A DNA stretch of 64,000 nt from Mobula hypostoma. Taxonomy: Eukaryota. Positions 26,470 to 38,742 of this stretch are shown one piece after another. Within the stretch, counting starts at the first letter, position 1; the number at the start of each line of letters is the position of its first letter. The stretch covers positions 9,486,001 to 9,550,000 of the forward strand of contig NC_086097.1 in assembly GCF_963921235.1 (NCBI RefSeq), given 5' to 3'. The translations under genes were made by a program, and so were the position numbers. A model generated the notes under the pieces. That model made no database searches. It worked only from the letters and a program-made list of their open reading frames with translations, and had not been told where the DNA came from.

Positions 26470-27495
26470 AGGAATGCCAGTGCTCAGCGTAATGGAGAAG
26501 GGACGTTGCTGCCCACACGGACTGACTGTGCCTTTACTGTTAAGAAGTCCAGAATCCAGTTGCAGAGGTGAGGACAGTTTCCTCACAGTTTCTGGGTATG
26601 ATGGTGTTGAATGCCAAACTGAAGTCTATGAAACAACAGTCTGGCATATGTGTCCCCATTTTCCAGGTGGGACAGGGCAGAATGGAGGGCAGAGGCTATA
26701 GCCCCATAGGGCTATAAGGCTATAGCATCATCAGTGGATTGATCTGAGTGATAAGCAAACTGGAAAAGGTCCAGTGTAGCCGGGAGAAAGGCTAGTCCCT
26801 CAAAGCATTTCAAATGGTTGATGCTAATGCCACTGGGCAACAGTCATTTAGGCAGGTTACTGTCACCTTCTTTGGCACAGGAATTATATTTGACACCTTG
26901 AAAACTGAGGGGACAATGGATTGTTCCAGAGAGATATTGAATATATCCATAATCACCCCCATCAGCTGGGCTGCGCAGTCTTTCAGAACACAACCTGGTA
27001 TATTATGGGGCCCCACAGTTTTGCGTGGGTTTGCTCGGATCTTTCTCACCTCAGCTTCAGCCAGACAGAGTGCTTGTTCCCCTGGAGGGAAGGGTGCCTT
27101 CCTTGCTAGCACGTTGTCCTGCACAGCAAACTGGGTGGAGAAGACACTCAGCCTTTCAGGGAATGAAATTTCATGGCCACTGACGCACAGGGTAGACGTA
27201 TAGTCTGTAATCCTCTGAATTCCCTGCCACAAAGGCCTTGAGTTTCTAGTATTGCAGAAGTGGCTGTAAATTCTCTGAAAATGCTCCCATTTTGCCTTCC
27301 TGTTGGAGTGGGAAAGCACAGTTCTTCCTTCTTTGAGAGATGGACGACCCCTGATCTAAAGGCAGAATCATGATCCCTCAGCATGCGCAGACCTCTGCAG
27401 TAAGTCATGGCTCCTGATTTTTCCTCACCTGGATGTGTTTGGTGATGGTAACATCTTCTGTATGTTCCTCTATGTTGCTTGTCACAGAATCCACA
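26470..27495 (-). mobile_element. Rex1/Babar-like LINE ORF2 fragment
   Basis: LWQGIQRITDY..NPRKTVGPHNIPGCVLKDCAAQL..IFNISLEQSIVPSVFK..IIPVPKK..CLND..PVAL. Confidence 0.85.
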
Positions 27496-27497
27496 CT

Positions 27498-27635
27498 GAG
27501 TCCTGCCAAAGAGTTTTGGCCGGAAGTGTCGACTATGCTTTTTTTTTTGGTGGATGCTGTCTGGCCTGCTGAGTTCCTCCAGCATTTTGTGTGTGTTGCT
27601 TGAATTTCCAGCATCTGCAGATTTTCTCTTATCTG
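27498..27635 (+). mobile_element. Degraded Penelope 3' terminus
   Basis: Decayed hammerhead region followed by GATGCTG..CCTGCTGAGTTCCTCCAGCATTTTGTGTGTGTTGC and the CCAGCATCTGCAG tail. Confidence 0.75.
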
Positions 27636-28589
27636 TGATTAAACATACTTGTTCTTTTAGGTAATTAATTATGAGTTAGATGTATAAATAAGTTAATTGC
27701 ATACGTTATCACACTATCACATGATACGTGTGTGCCTCACTTAAAGTAAACTTGAACAACACCAGTATCATTCTGGACTCCTGTGTTTCATTTGAATTAA
27801 TTTAATGTCTTGATGTTACAAAATTTAGCAGTTCTGGCACTCTGGTTCCCATCCCCCAATATTAAAAAAATCCTGTTCCCTCAGAGGGATAAACAATATT
27901 GCATAACTCTGTTTCTTTTGTCATAGTTGTCTTGTGCTTATAAATCAACAGCAGTACAACAAGATAAAATTCAATATCTAGTCAAAAAAATTGCTTAGCA
28001 AACAATGTATGTCTATTTTTACAGGAAATCGATGGCAAAAATTAGCACAAAATAAAGCGCGCTTGATGTAAAAGACTTTAAGATGAAAAAATGTCACTGC
28101 TGATATGCCAAACTATCTCCATTTGACATAAGCCTTGGCTTTCTGGGAGCACTTTAGATGAGCCAGAAGGTCATCAGTTCGAGTTCCAGTGAAGAGATTT
28201 ACAAAGATAATCTTTTATGACACTTCAGTACAGAACAGTTCTCTTTGAGAAAGGATGTTAACCCAGCACTGTGCCTGCTAGCTCAAGTGGATATTATAAA
28301 ATCTCATGGTGCTTTTCAAAGAACGATTAATGAACCTATCCTTCTTGTTAGATATTTGATTTTGTACCGTGGGATCAGTATTATAGTAATCCACTATTTA
28401 TAGCAATTTAACACACTTTACTCCTGTTGAATCTTTCACCATTTTGAAGAGGAATTCTAGTATGGTTCATGTCCATGGCTGTCAAAATTTTACCAGCTAT
28501 ATCTTTATTTTTGTTTATTTATTGAGATACAGCATGGATTAGGCCCTCCTGGCCTTTCAAGCCATGCCACCTAGCGTCCCTCAATTTAA

Positions 28590-28815
28590 GCAACACACAT
28601 CAAAGTTGCTGGTGAACGCAGCAGGCCAAGCAGCATCTATAGGAAGAGGCGCAGTCGACGTTTCAGGCCGAGACCCTTCGTTAGTCCTGACGAAGGGTCT
28701 CGGCCTGAAACGTCGACTGCGCCTCTTCCTATAGATGCTGCTTGGCCTGCTGCGTTCACCAGCAACTTTGATGTGTGTTGCTTGAATTTCCAGCATCTGC
28801 AGAATTCCTGTTGTT
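28590..28815. mobile_element. Penelope-derived 226-bp fold-back mini-element
   Basis: Perfect 94-bp inverted arms (28588-28681 and 28690-28783), 8-nt loop and an unpaired tail. 13-bp TSD TCCCTCAATTTAA at 28577-28589 and 28816-28828. Confidence 0.93.
28683..28718 (+). ncRNA. Minimal type-I hammerhead ribozyme motif
   Basis: AGUC-CUGACGA-A-GGGU(CUCG)GCCU-GAAA-CG-UC-GACU; predicted cleavage after C28714. Confidence 0.8.
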
Positions 28816-29374
28816 TCCCTCAATTTAATCCTAGCAATTAACAATGACCAATTAACTGACCAACCGGTACTTCTTTGGAATGTGGGAGAAAACCAGGGCA
28901 CCTGGAGGAAACCCATACAGTCACAGGGAGAACACACAAGCTCTTTCCAAGTGGCGATGGGAATTGAACCGGGGTTGCTTGTACTGTAAAGCGTTGTACT
29001 AACCACTAAGCTGTCATGCCACTAGAAAATCTAGTATAAGAAGTCCTGAGGAAGGGCCTCGGCCCAAAGTCTCAACTGTTTATTCCTTTCCATAGATGCC
29101 GCCTGACCTGCTGAGTACCTCCAGCATTTTATGTGCGTGTTCCAGCATGTGTAGAATCTGTTTTGTTTATGTGGCTCTTTATGCCTGATTAAAGTAAAGC
29201 TTGTGAATTGCTTCTGTCCTACGTGGAGAGAATATGAATGGTTAATCCAGTCAACGGTGGAAGATGAGAACTTACAGACGTAGAAATCTGAAGTGAGGAA
29301 ACAAATGAAAATGATTCGATTCACATTGTCTCTCAAGTCCACCAACTGCTCTCTAAGTTTGTGCATAAAGTTAA

Positions 29375-29845
29375 AGCAAGAATGATTCTGGGAATGAAGA
29401 GGTTAACCTGTGAGGAGCGTTTGGCAGCTTTGGGTCTGCACTCTTTGGAACTCAGAAGAGTATGGGAGAATCTCATTGAAACCTACCGAATGTTAAAGAC
29501 TAGATAAGGTAGATGTGGAGAGAATGTTTCTTATGGTAGGGGTATCCAGAACTAAAGGATTCAGCCTCAAAATTGAGTTGCGACCTTTTAGAACAGAGGA
29601 AAGGAGGAAATTTTTTAGACATAAAGTAGTGAATCTGTGGAATGTTCTGCCACAGACTGTGTTGGAGGCCAAGTCCATGGTTATATTTAAAGCGGAAATT
29701 GATAGATTCCTGATTGGTCAGGACATCAAAGGATAAGGCAAGAATGCAGGTGTATGGAGTTGAGTAGGATCTGCGATCAGCCATAATGGAATGGCAGAGC
29801 AGACCTGATGGGCTGAATGGCCTAATTCTGCTCCTATGTCTGCTC
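29375..29845 (+). mobile_element. CR1 LINE 3' fragment
   Basis: MERMFLMVGVSRTKGFSLKI..FFRHKVVNLWNVLP. Confidence 0.85.
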
Positions 29846-30369
29846 CTATTCTATCCTACTCTATAGAATATAAAACGATTACAGGACAAGTGCTGTGTCA
29901 AACACCTGATGCAAAAAGAGAGAAAAAAATCATGCAAACAATACAAGTAAACAAGTACCTTCAGAACTTGAGTTTTATAAAATGCATGAAGCCAGTTATC
30001 ACCTCAGCCAGAGTTGGTCACAGCCTCAGTTTTGTGTGGAACTGAGTAATAGTAAAGTTTTTGCCAGAAATGTTAGCACTATATTGATTATGGTGTACAA
30101 TCAATTCTAGTTCAGTTACTGGACTGTTATTCAGAAGCCAGCAGCATTGACATAGGGTCTCACTGCTCAAAAACTAGTCTTTTGCCCCGCCACACCCATG
30201 CCAACTTTTGCCCTTCTATACTAATCCTATTTGTCCATAACAAGAATTCATAAGACCATAAGATCATAAGACATGGGTTTAGAATTAGGCCATTTGCCCC
30301 ATCGAGTCTGCTCTGCCATTCAATCATGGCTGATCCTTTTTTTTCACCTCCCCAATCCCATTTCCCAGC

Positions 30370-31646
30370 AACACTCACAACACGCTGGAGGAACTCAGCA
30401 GGTCAGGCAGCTTCTGTGGAAACGGTCAGTTAACGTTTCCGGCCGGAACCCTTCGTCAGGACTGTAGAGGGAAGGGGCAGAGGCCCTATAAAGAAGGTGG
30501 GGGGAGGGTGGGAAGGAGAAGGCTGGTAGGTTCCAGGTGAAAAACCAGTAAGGGTAAAGATAAAGGGGTGGGGAAAGGGAAGCAGAGAGGTGATAGGCAG
30601 GAAAGGTGAAGGAATAGGGGAAAACACAATGGGTAGTAGAAGGATGTGTAACCATGAGGGAGGTAGAAGGCAGCTGGGGGAGGAGGCAGAGTGAAATAGG
30701 GACAGGGGAAGGGAGGGGGAGGGTGTTACCGGAAGTTGGAGAATTCAATGTTCATACTAAGAGGCTGGAAACTACGTAGACAGTATATCAGTTTAGCCCA
30801 ACCTGAGTTTAGCCTCATCATCGCAGTAGAGGAGGCCATGTATGGACATATCCGAATGGGAATGTGAAGCAGAGTTGAAGTGGGTGGCTACCAGGAGATC
30901 CTGTCTGTTTTGGTGGACGGAGTGGAGGTGCTCGACGAAGCGGTCCCCCAATCTGCGTCAGGTTTCACCGATGTAGAGGAGGCCGCACCGGGAGCACCAG
31001 ATGCAATAGATGACCCCAACAGACTCACAAGTGAAGCGTTGCCTCACCTGGAAGGACTGTTTGGGGCCCTGAATGGTGGCAAGAGAGGAGGTGTAGGGAC
31101 AGGTGTAGCACTTACACTTACAGGGATAAGTGCCGGGTGGGAGATCCATGGGGAGGGACGTGTGGACCAGAGAGTCGCGGAGGGAACAATCCCTGCTGAA
31201 AGCGGAGAGGAGTGGAGAGGGAAAGATGTGCTAGGTACTCCAACTTCCGGTAATTTCCTCCCCTCCCTTCCCTTATCCCAGTTTCACTCTGCTCCCTCCC
31301 CCAGCTGCCTACTACCTCCCTCATGGTTCTGCCTCCTTCTACTACCCATTGTGTTTTCCCCCATTCTTTCTTTACCTTTCCTGCTTATCCCCTCCCTGCT
31401 TCCCCTCCCCCACCCCTTTATCTTTCCCCTTACTGCTTTTTCACCTGGAACCTACCAGCCTTCTCCTTCCCACCCTCCCCCCACCTTCTTTATAGGGCCT
31501 CTGCCCCTTCCCTCTACAGTCCTGACAAAGGGTTCTGGCCCAAAACGTAGACTCATCATTTCCATGGATGCTGCCCGATCTGCTGAGTTCTTCCAGCATG
31601 TTGTAAGTGTTGCTTTGACCCCAGCATCTGCAGAGTATTTTGTGTT
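30370..31646. mobile_element. Neptune-type Penelope-like element, fold-back insertion
   Basis: Inverted arms at about 30370-30741 and 31238-31611. The spacer encodes on the minus strand PGTYPCKCKCYTCP..FTCESVGVIYCIWCSRCGLLYIGET (GIY-YIG). 14-bp TSD TCCCATTTCCCAGC at 30356-30369 and 31647-31660. Confidence 0.92.
30427..30464 (-). ncRNA. Minimal hammerhead ribozyme motif
   Basis: Minus strand CAGUC-CUGACGA-AGGGUUCCGGCCG-GAAA-CG-UU-AACUG. The core is intact but the stems are imperfect. Confidence 0.65.
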
Positions 31647-32387
31647 TCCCATTTCCCAGCCTTTTCCCCATAACTTTTGATGTCATGTCCTATCAAGAAC
31701 CTATCAGGCTCTGCCTTAAATACACCCAACAATCTGACCTCCACAGCTGCACGTGGCAACAAATTCCACAAATTCACCACCCTCTGGCTAAAGAAATTTC
31801 TCTGCATCTCTGTTTTGAATGGACATCCCTGTATCCTGAGGCTGTACCTCCTTGTCCTAGACTCTCCCACCATGGGAAACATCCTTTCCATATCTACTCT
31901 GATTAGGCCTTTCAACATTCGAAAGGTTTCAATGAGATCCCCCCTCATCCTTCTAACTTCCAGCGAGTACAGACCCAGAGCCATCAAACGTTCCTCATCT
32001 GATAACCCTTTCATTCCTAGAATCATCCTTGAGAACTTCCTCTGGACCCTCTCCAGTGCCAGCACATCTCTTCTAAGATGAGGAGCCCAAGGTGAGGCCT
32101 CACCAGTAATTTATAAAGATTCAGCATCACATCCTATGCCTTTTCACCATCTATGCCTTGTCTATATGAGTGTCTGTGTAAATGTCTCTTAAATGTAGTC
32201 TGTGCATCTAATTCCAACATTTCCTCTGGCACTATGTTCAGAACTCAAGCACTCTCTGTGTGAAAAAGCCTTGTCCCTTGTGTCCCTTGTAAACTTCTTC
32301 CTCAAACCTTCAACCTATTTCTTTTTGTTTTTGATCTCCCTACCAAGATCTGGCCATTCTGCTTCTCATAACCTTTATATACTTCTC

Positions 32388-32600
32388 AGGAACACACACA
32401 ACATGCTGGAGGAAATGAATAAAGAGTCAACGTTTCAGGCTGAGACCCTTCATCAGGACTGAGACGGAAGGGGGAATATGCCAGAGTAAAAAGGTAAGGG
32501 AAGGGGAAGGAGGCCAGCTGGAAGGTGATAGGTGAAGCCAGGTTATTGTGGTAGAGGTAAAGGGCTGGAGAGGAGGGTGATCCCCACTACCAACACCCAG
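32388..32600 (-). mobile_element. Penelope 3' fragment with an intact hammerhead core at 32425-32460
   Basis: Minus strand AGUC-CUGAUGA-A-GGGU(CUCA)GCCU-GAAA-CG-UU-GACU, preceded by a pyrimidine-rich UTR. Confidence 0.75.
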
Positions 32601-33129
32601 CCTTAACAACCTTAAGGAACTGTTCTAATTTTCTGTGATTATCTTCAAAATTTCCATTCAAGCATGTGCATGCTCCTTGTCGAAAACTACTGTACTATTC
32701 GTTCTTGAGTATCAACAAACACTTCTACTTTCCAAGTTAAATTCACAGTAAAATCATGCCTTATGATTTCAGAAACTACTTTAGTTTTAATTTTAAATAT
32801 TTGGCATGATTCAAAACTATTTAACCAGCACTTCAAAGAAACATTGAACAGTAATCCTTTGCTGTGCCAGGAAGGGAAATGCAGAAAGTTGTTAACTGCC
32901 AAAATACATTTAAATGAGATGCCCCTACTTTCGGAGGAGGTTGAAGAGAGCTGTACTATGCACAGCAATACTCATGTCCTTCTATAGATGCACAGTGGAG
33001 AGCATCCTGAGAAGCTGCTTCACTAATTGGTATGAAAAATGCTCTGTGGTGGACATGAAAGCTCCACAACGGGTAGTCAAGACTGCCAAACGCATCACCG
33101 CCACCAGTCTACTCGCCATCAAGGACATG

Positions 33130-34010
33130 TAGAACATAGAACATAGAAATCTACAGCCCATTACAGGCCCTTCGGCCCACAATGTTGTGCCAACCATGTA
33201 ACCTACTCTAGAAACTGCCTAGAGTTTCCCTACCCCATAGTCCTCTGTTTTTCTAAGCTCCATGTCTCTTAAAAGACCCTATTGTATCTGCCTCTACCAC
33301 TGTCACTGGCAGTGCATTCTACACACCCACCATCCTCTGTGTCAAAAACTTACCTCTGACATCCCCCTTGTACCTACTTCCAAGCACTTTAAAACTGTGC
33401 CCTCTCGTGCTAGCCATTTCAGCCCTGGGAAAAAGCCTCTGACTATCCACACGGTCAATGGCTCTCATTGTCTTATACACTTCAATCAGGTCATCGCTCA
33501 TTCTCCGTCACTCCAAGGAGAAAAGGCCAAGTTCACTCAACCTATTCTCATAAGGCATGCTCCCCAATCCAGGCAACATCCTTGTAAATCTCCTCTGCAC
33601 CCTTTCTATAGTTACTGCATCCTTCTTATATTGAGGCGATCAGAACTGAGCACAGTACTCCAAGTAGGGTCTGACCAGGGTCCTATATAGTTGCAACATT
33701 ACCTCTCGGCTCCTAAACTCCCACGATTGATGAAGGCCAATGCACCGTATGCCTTCTTAACCACAGAGTCAACCTGCGCAGCAGCTTTGAGTGTCCTATG
33801 GACTCGTACCCCAAGATCCCTCTGATCCTCCACACTGCCAAGAGTCTTACCATTAATTCTGTCATCATATTTGACCTACCAAAATGAACTACCTCACACT
33901 TATCTGGGTTGAATTCCATTTGCCACTTCTCAGCCCAGTTTTGCAGGATATGACCCAGCTACAACAACTCTTTGCCTTCGGTGGGCAAGCCAGTTCTGGG
34001 TCCACAAACC
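33130..34010 (-). mobile_element. CR1 LINE RT/3' fragment with an internal deletion, inserted in a Rex1-like fragment
   Basis: MEFNPDKCEVVHFGRSN and DLIEVYK..FLTQRMVG, with an AGAACATAGAACATAG tail. Flanks 32900-33130 and 34100-34395 are Rex1-like. Confidence 0.88.
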
Positions 34011-35490
34011 AATTTGTCCATTTCCACTAAGAAGGGGCCACGTAGCATCCACACCAAGACTATCAGACTCAATAATAGTTACTTTCCCCAAGCAGTAAGT
34101 TTGATCAGCACCTCTACCCACTAATCCTCCCCTCCAAACCCCCAACCACCACTACTTTATCATTTGCTGTCAGAGTCACCTTACGTACAGATACTCCTGT
34201 ACCTAGCCTCACTTTATGGACATACAACCAATCTATGTATATCAGCTATCTTATGTATTTATATGTATTGTGTGTTTTTACTAATGTGTTCTTTATCTTA
34301 TTGTTTTTTTTGTGCTGCATCAGTTCCGAGTAACAATTATTTTGTTCTCCTTTACATTTGTGTGCTGGAGATGACATTAAACCATCTTGAATCCTGAGAA
34401 CAGAAAGTTAGAGAAGATGAAAAATTCAAGAAATTCAAATCTCCAAACCCAAATCTACTGTGAATATCCTGAACTGATGTGCTAAAGGCATCAATTCTAT
34501 ACGTTTACCTGTATATCTACCGTAGCTTCTAAAATTGCTTTCTGCTTTGTATCTGCTCGTTCTTCAGGATGACTGACAGGTAATTAATCACTGCATGGGC
34601 CCTTTAATAAGATGAGAGAAACAAAGGTGAAATCTGGCAAAAAGTGCATGTAATGGAACAAATTACTGAGCAACAATGTTTCACTGAAGCACTTTCTAAA
34701 ATGTTAACTGTTAACAAGAATTAACACTCTTCTGTGAAGTGCTTGGCTTACAGATTCACAGGATGATTCTTTCATAAATGAGCAGACTCTACATGCATGC
34801 AGATACACAGAAACACACATTTGATTTCTGCTGTCAACATAAAATCATCAGGTATATTCTTGCTGACATATGCCGTGAGAGTTGTTGCTTTCTGGCAGCA
34901 GTACAGTGCAAGACATAAAATTACTGAAAGTTAGGGAAGTAAATAATGCGTAAGAAAAATAGAGGTGTATTCATGGGTTCATGTGACCATTCTCTCTTTC
35001 CATTTCTGAACATTAAACGATATCCCTTGGTCCTTATTCACAGTTCATTGACTCAAACAGTTAGCAGGACTTTCAGTGAGGTAATGGCACCCAGACATTG
35101 TTTAATGAAAGTTCCTCTTGAATATTTATCAAATCCATTACATATTTAATGCAAGTATTGAAACTGGTATTAAACTGTTTACACTTAAGACAATCAGTAG
35201 AAGAGCCATGTCTGGATATTTGAAATGTAAATTTCTGTGTCCTTATGTTTGCTCTCTGAAAATTGCTGTGAATTATGTCAATCATATCTGTATCAGTTTG
35301 TACGGCAAGAGTAGTGACACCAATCTACCTGTTGCAATGTTTGAAGTTACCATGCTTCTGTATGATCACCAGAGAGCACCAGGGTCCTCCAGGCTGAGGC
35401 ACTCCTGCTCTCCTGATTATCAGTTGATTGTTTTCATTGGTTTCTTGTTTTAGTTACAGTGCACCTGTGCCTTGTTTTGCTGGCTTACTT

Positions 35491-35574
35491 CAGGGATTTC
35501 CAACCTTAATTTTTAATGCCATGGAACCCTACCATGAACTGAATGATCTGCAAGTCTCAGGATGGGAACCTCTG
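35491..35574. mobile_element. hAT-type MITE (84 bp)
   Basis: TIRs CAGGGATTTCCAACC and GGATGGGAACCTCTG; diverged 8-bp TSD GCTTACTT/GCCTATTT. A second copy lies at 59311-59390. Confidence 0.7.
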
Positions 35575-36109
35575 GCCTATTTTAAGTTCCCTTGGTTTTG
35601 GTTTTCTTAGCTCAGTCTTGAGCTTACCTACCTTGCGTGGATTCTCATGCCCAGGACTGTGTTCTCTACTAACCAATCCACAAGTAAAGATTCTTTGTTC
35701 AATTCCATCCTTGTCTCTGGTCTCCTCTGCACTTGGTTCCACCTGGTCTAAGTCTCCCCGGTAGTCCATGGGTTCAAGGCAGGGAACTTCACCATAACAA
35801 TCCCGGTTCAAACTCAGCCTGACAGCCACTTTCATTACAGAAAGATAATTTTGTTGCCTGCTGATTTAATTGTTATAAATTTGATGTATATTATTAATTA
35901 TTAAAATATTTTATCACGTAAGAAAGTCTATTATGTCTAAAGTTAATGTTTTCTGAATCTTTGCATTAGGTTTTCAAATGTAAAAAAAAATGAATAGCAC
36001 ATTTTAATAATGAATTGGACTTAAGCAACACTGACAGAGCAACAGAAACCTGCCAACCACTTTTTAGTTCTTTACCATCATGTTTCTACATAGATTTTCT
36101 TCAAGATAT

Positions 36110-36975
36110 AATGCTGTAATTCAAAGGATGAAGAGCACCATAGGAGGTAGAGAGGCACAGATGTTGGAGCTTGTTGATTAGAACTTAGGCTATGACTGTG
36201 TTGTAATCAATAAAGAGGTTGACATAGATATTACTATTGTCCAGGTGATTCTAGGCCAAATGGAGAGCCAGTGAGATTGCATTTGCTCTTGACTTAATGT
36301 AGCTATCGGCAAATTGCGCCAATACCAGGTTCCTATTTAGGCAGAAGCTGACCTTAGCTATTACCAACCTCTCCAAACACTTCATCAGGGTGATAGTTAT
36401 TCTAGCAGCTCACCCTGCTCTTCTTGGGCACTGGTATGACTATTGCCCTTTTGGAGCAGGTGGAAATCTCTGACTGTAGTAATGAGAGATTGAAAATGTC
36501 TTTCAACATACCTGCCAGTTGGCTGACAAATTTCTCAGAGCCCGACCAGGTACACCGTTAGGGTTGGATGCCTTGTGAGTGTTCACCCTCTTGAAAGATG
36601 TTCTGACGTTGACTTCCAAGACGGAGATCATAGGGTCACTGGATGCTTCAGGGATTCGTATTGCTGTAGTCTTATTCTCCTTTTCAAAGTGTTCATAAAA
36701 GCCATGGAGCTCATCTGGAAGTGAAACATCACAGCCATTTATAATGTTAGGTTTCTCTTTGCAGGAAGTAATAGCTTGCAAATACTGCGCAGCTGACATG
36801 CATTTGATTCCTTCTCTAACTTAAATTGTAATTTTGTTTTTGCTCTTCAAATAGTCTTTTGTATGCAGTAGCCGGACCTCTTGTATAGTTCTGGATCACT
36901 GGCCTTGAATGCCACAGATCTAGCCCTCAGCAAACCATGAATCTCCTGCTTCTGGTTGAGTATATTCAGTATGCT
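36110..36975 (-). mobile_element. Rex1/Babar-like LINE ORF2 fragment
   Basis: SLPDELHGFYEHFEKEN..VRTSFKRVNTHKASNPNGVPGRAL and LLRARSVAFK. Confidence 0.8.
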
Positions 36976-38742
36976 CGCGAAATGTCCATTCCCTTCCATC
37001 TTCCTCACATTCATGTGCTTATCTAAACATCTCTTAAAAGTCCCTGATGTATCTGCCTCTACCACCACCCCAGGCAATGCATTCCAGGCACCCACTGCTC
37101 TCTGTGTAAAAAACCTTACACTTTGAAATCACTATGCAAGGAGACATCTTCCAATGAGCGGACTGAGAAGTATAGAAAGGCCAAACATTTGAAGGACACA
37201 CCACCATCAACAGCACACTAAAGATGTCTCCTCACATGGTGATGAAACTTTTGCAAGTAAATTCCCAAGATCTGAGAACAACTCAATCCAACTAAAATAT
37301 TCTTATTATCATTTGTAAATTTTTGGTATTATGTATTGCAATGCACCACTGTCACAAAACAACAAATTTCATGACATATGCTGGTGATATTAAACCTGAT
37401 TCTGATTGATTTCATCCTTTGTTTTGGAGTACACTCATACTTAATCAGTCAATAATCATTCATTGTAATGTACAAGGAAATTTCCCCATCAAGATTAGTG
37501 AAAAGAGTCTATGAGTATAATATGGTTCTCTTTGCAGAGCGTCTATCCGTCCTTATTTTGATTTTATATTAATTCAGAGTTGAGTAACAAATGCTGTGGT
37601 AATTTTGTAGGTGGATGATTGAAGCTTTGAAATTTCTTGCATCATGGGCTGAGATGCTCAGAGGTACAAATCAATCTCCAGAGTGCCATCGTATTGCTAG
37701 GGTGTAATTACAGATACATCATAAATGTAGATATGGATATTTAAAGTGGAACAAGTTGACAGGAAGCATATACAGACTTAAGCTTTCTAATATATTATAG
37801 ATATTTAAGTGTCAACCTTGGCGTCACGATTTTGAAATTTAAAGTAGTATGGATGGAAATGCTCATGTGATATTCATATCCTGACTTCAGAAGTGAAATG
37901 ATTGTCATACAGTTCTAAAGCTAAGCTCCAGTGCAAGGCCATATTGTGGGTGGGTTGTACATCATACTCAAGATGAAAACTGATTATAATTATGCCTAGC
38001 CTTCAATTTTTGTGGAAAGTCCAAAGGATACGTTCCATAGTTTTCCTTCAGTTTTAATATTTTATTGGAAGCTTTTGTACTTGCTATATGGTGAGGTTGT
38101 AAAAGACATTTGCTGAGGCAAAATTTGGAGTATTGTGTGCAATTTTGTTCACCTACCTACAGGAAAGATGAAAATAAGGTTGAAAGAGTACAGCAAAAAA
38201 AATGCAAGGAGGGCCTGTTTCAGTTCTGTACTTCTCTATAAATCTGTGACTCTATAATTAAAGAAGGCTGTGTGGATCTGTGTGGGACAGCGGACATGAA
38301 TCGACATGAATGGATCTAAAAAATTCCAATGAAATATTTCTGCTCATATTTAATGCAGATATTAACCATCTATGCCCTCTCCTTGCTGCTGCAATCAAGA
38401 AGGCAGTTCAGGAGCCTTAGATCCCACTCCATGAGGTTCAGGAACATTTATTATCCTTCAGCCATCAGGATCCTGAACCAAGGCAGATAACTTCACTCTT
38501 CTCAACTCGGAAGTCATTCCACAATTTATCTTTCAAGGACTCTTCAACTTATGTTCTCAGTATTATTGATTTATTTTTGTTTGTTTATTAATGCATCTAT
38601 TAATTTATCTGTTTATGTATTTGTTTATTTATTATTATTTGTTTCTTACTTTGTATTTTGTATTTGCACAGCTTGCTTTCTTTTGTACAATGGTTGCTTG
38701 TCAGTCATTTGGGTGCAATTTTTCATTGATTCTGTGTTTTTT

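Larger units (their letters stand above)
28505..29025 (-). mobile_element. HE1/V-SINE-like SINE interrupted by a Penelope fold-back element
   Basis: Tail TTTATTGAGATACAG, SINE core and B-box GGAATTGAACC; split at 28589/28816. Confidence 0.8.
30245..32140 (-). mobile_element. CR1 LINE 3' fragment split by a Penelope insertion
   Basis: ORF 31556..32065 reads LERVQRKFSRMILG..FFSQRVVNLWNLLP. The 3' UTR resumes at 30369 and ends in a (CATAAGAC)n tail. Confidence 0.9.

Noticed and set aside
27630..27830. Possible short solo LTR
   Set aside because: LTR-like composition, but I could not define termini, a TSD or a second copy.
28590..28815. Palindrome read as a DNA-transposon MITE, miRNA gene or CRISPR-like repeat
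   Set aside because: The asymmetric tail, 13-bp TSD and identity to the Penelope 3' end indicate retrotransposon origin. There is no repeat-spacer array.
30880..31680. 266-aa Pro/Leu-rich ORF
   Set aside because: Antisense of Penelope coding sequence running into a pyrimidine-rich UTR that is poor in stop codons.
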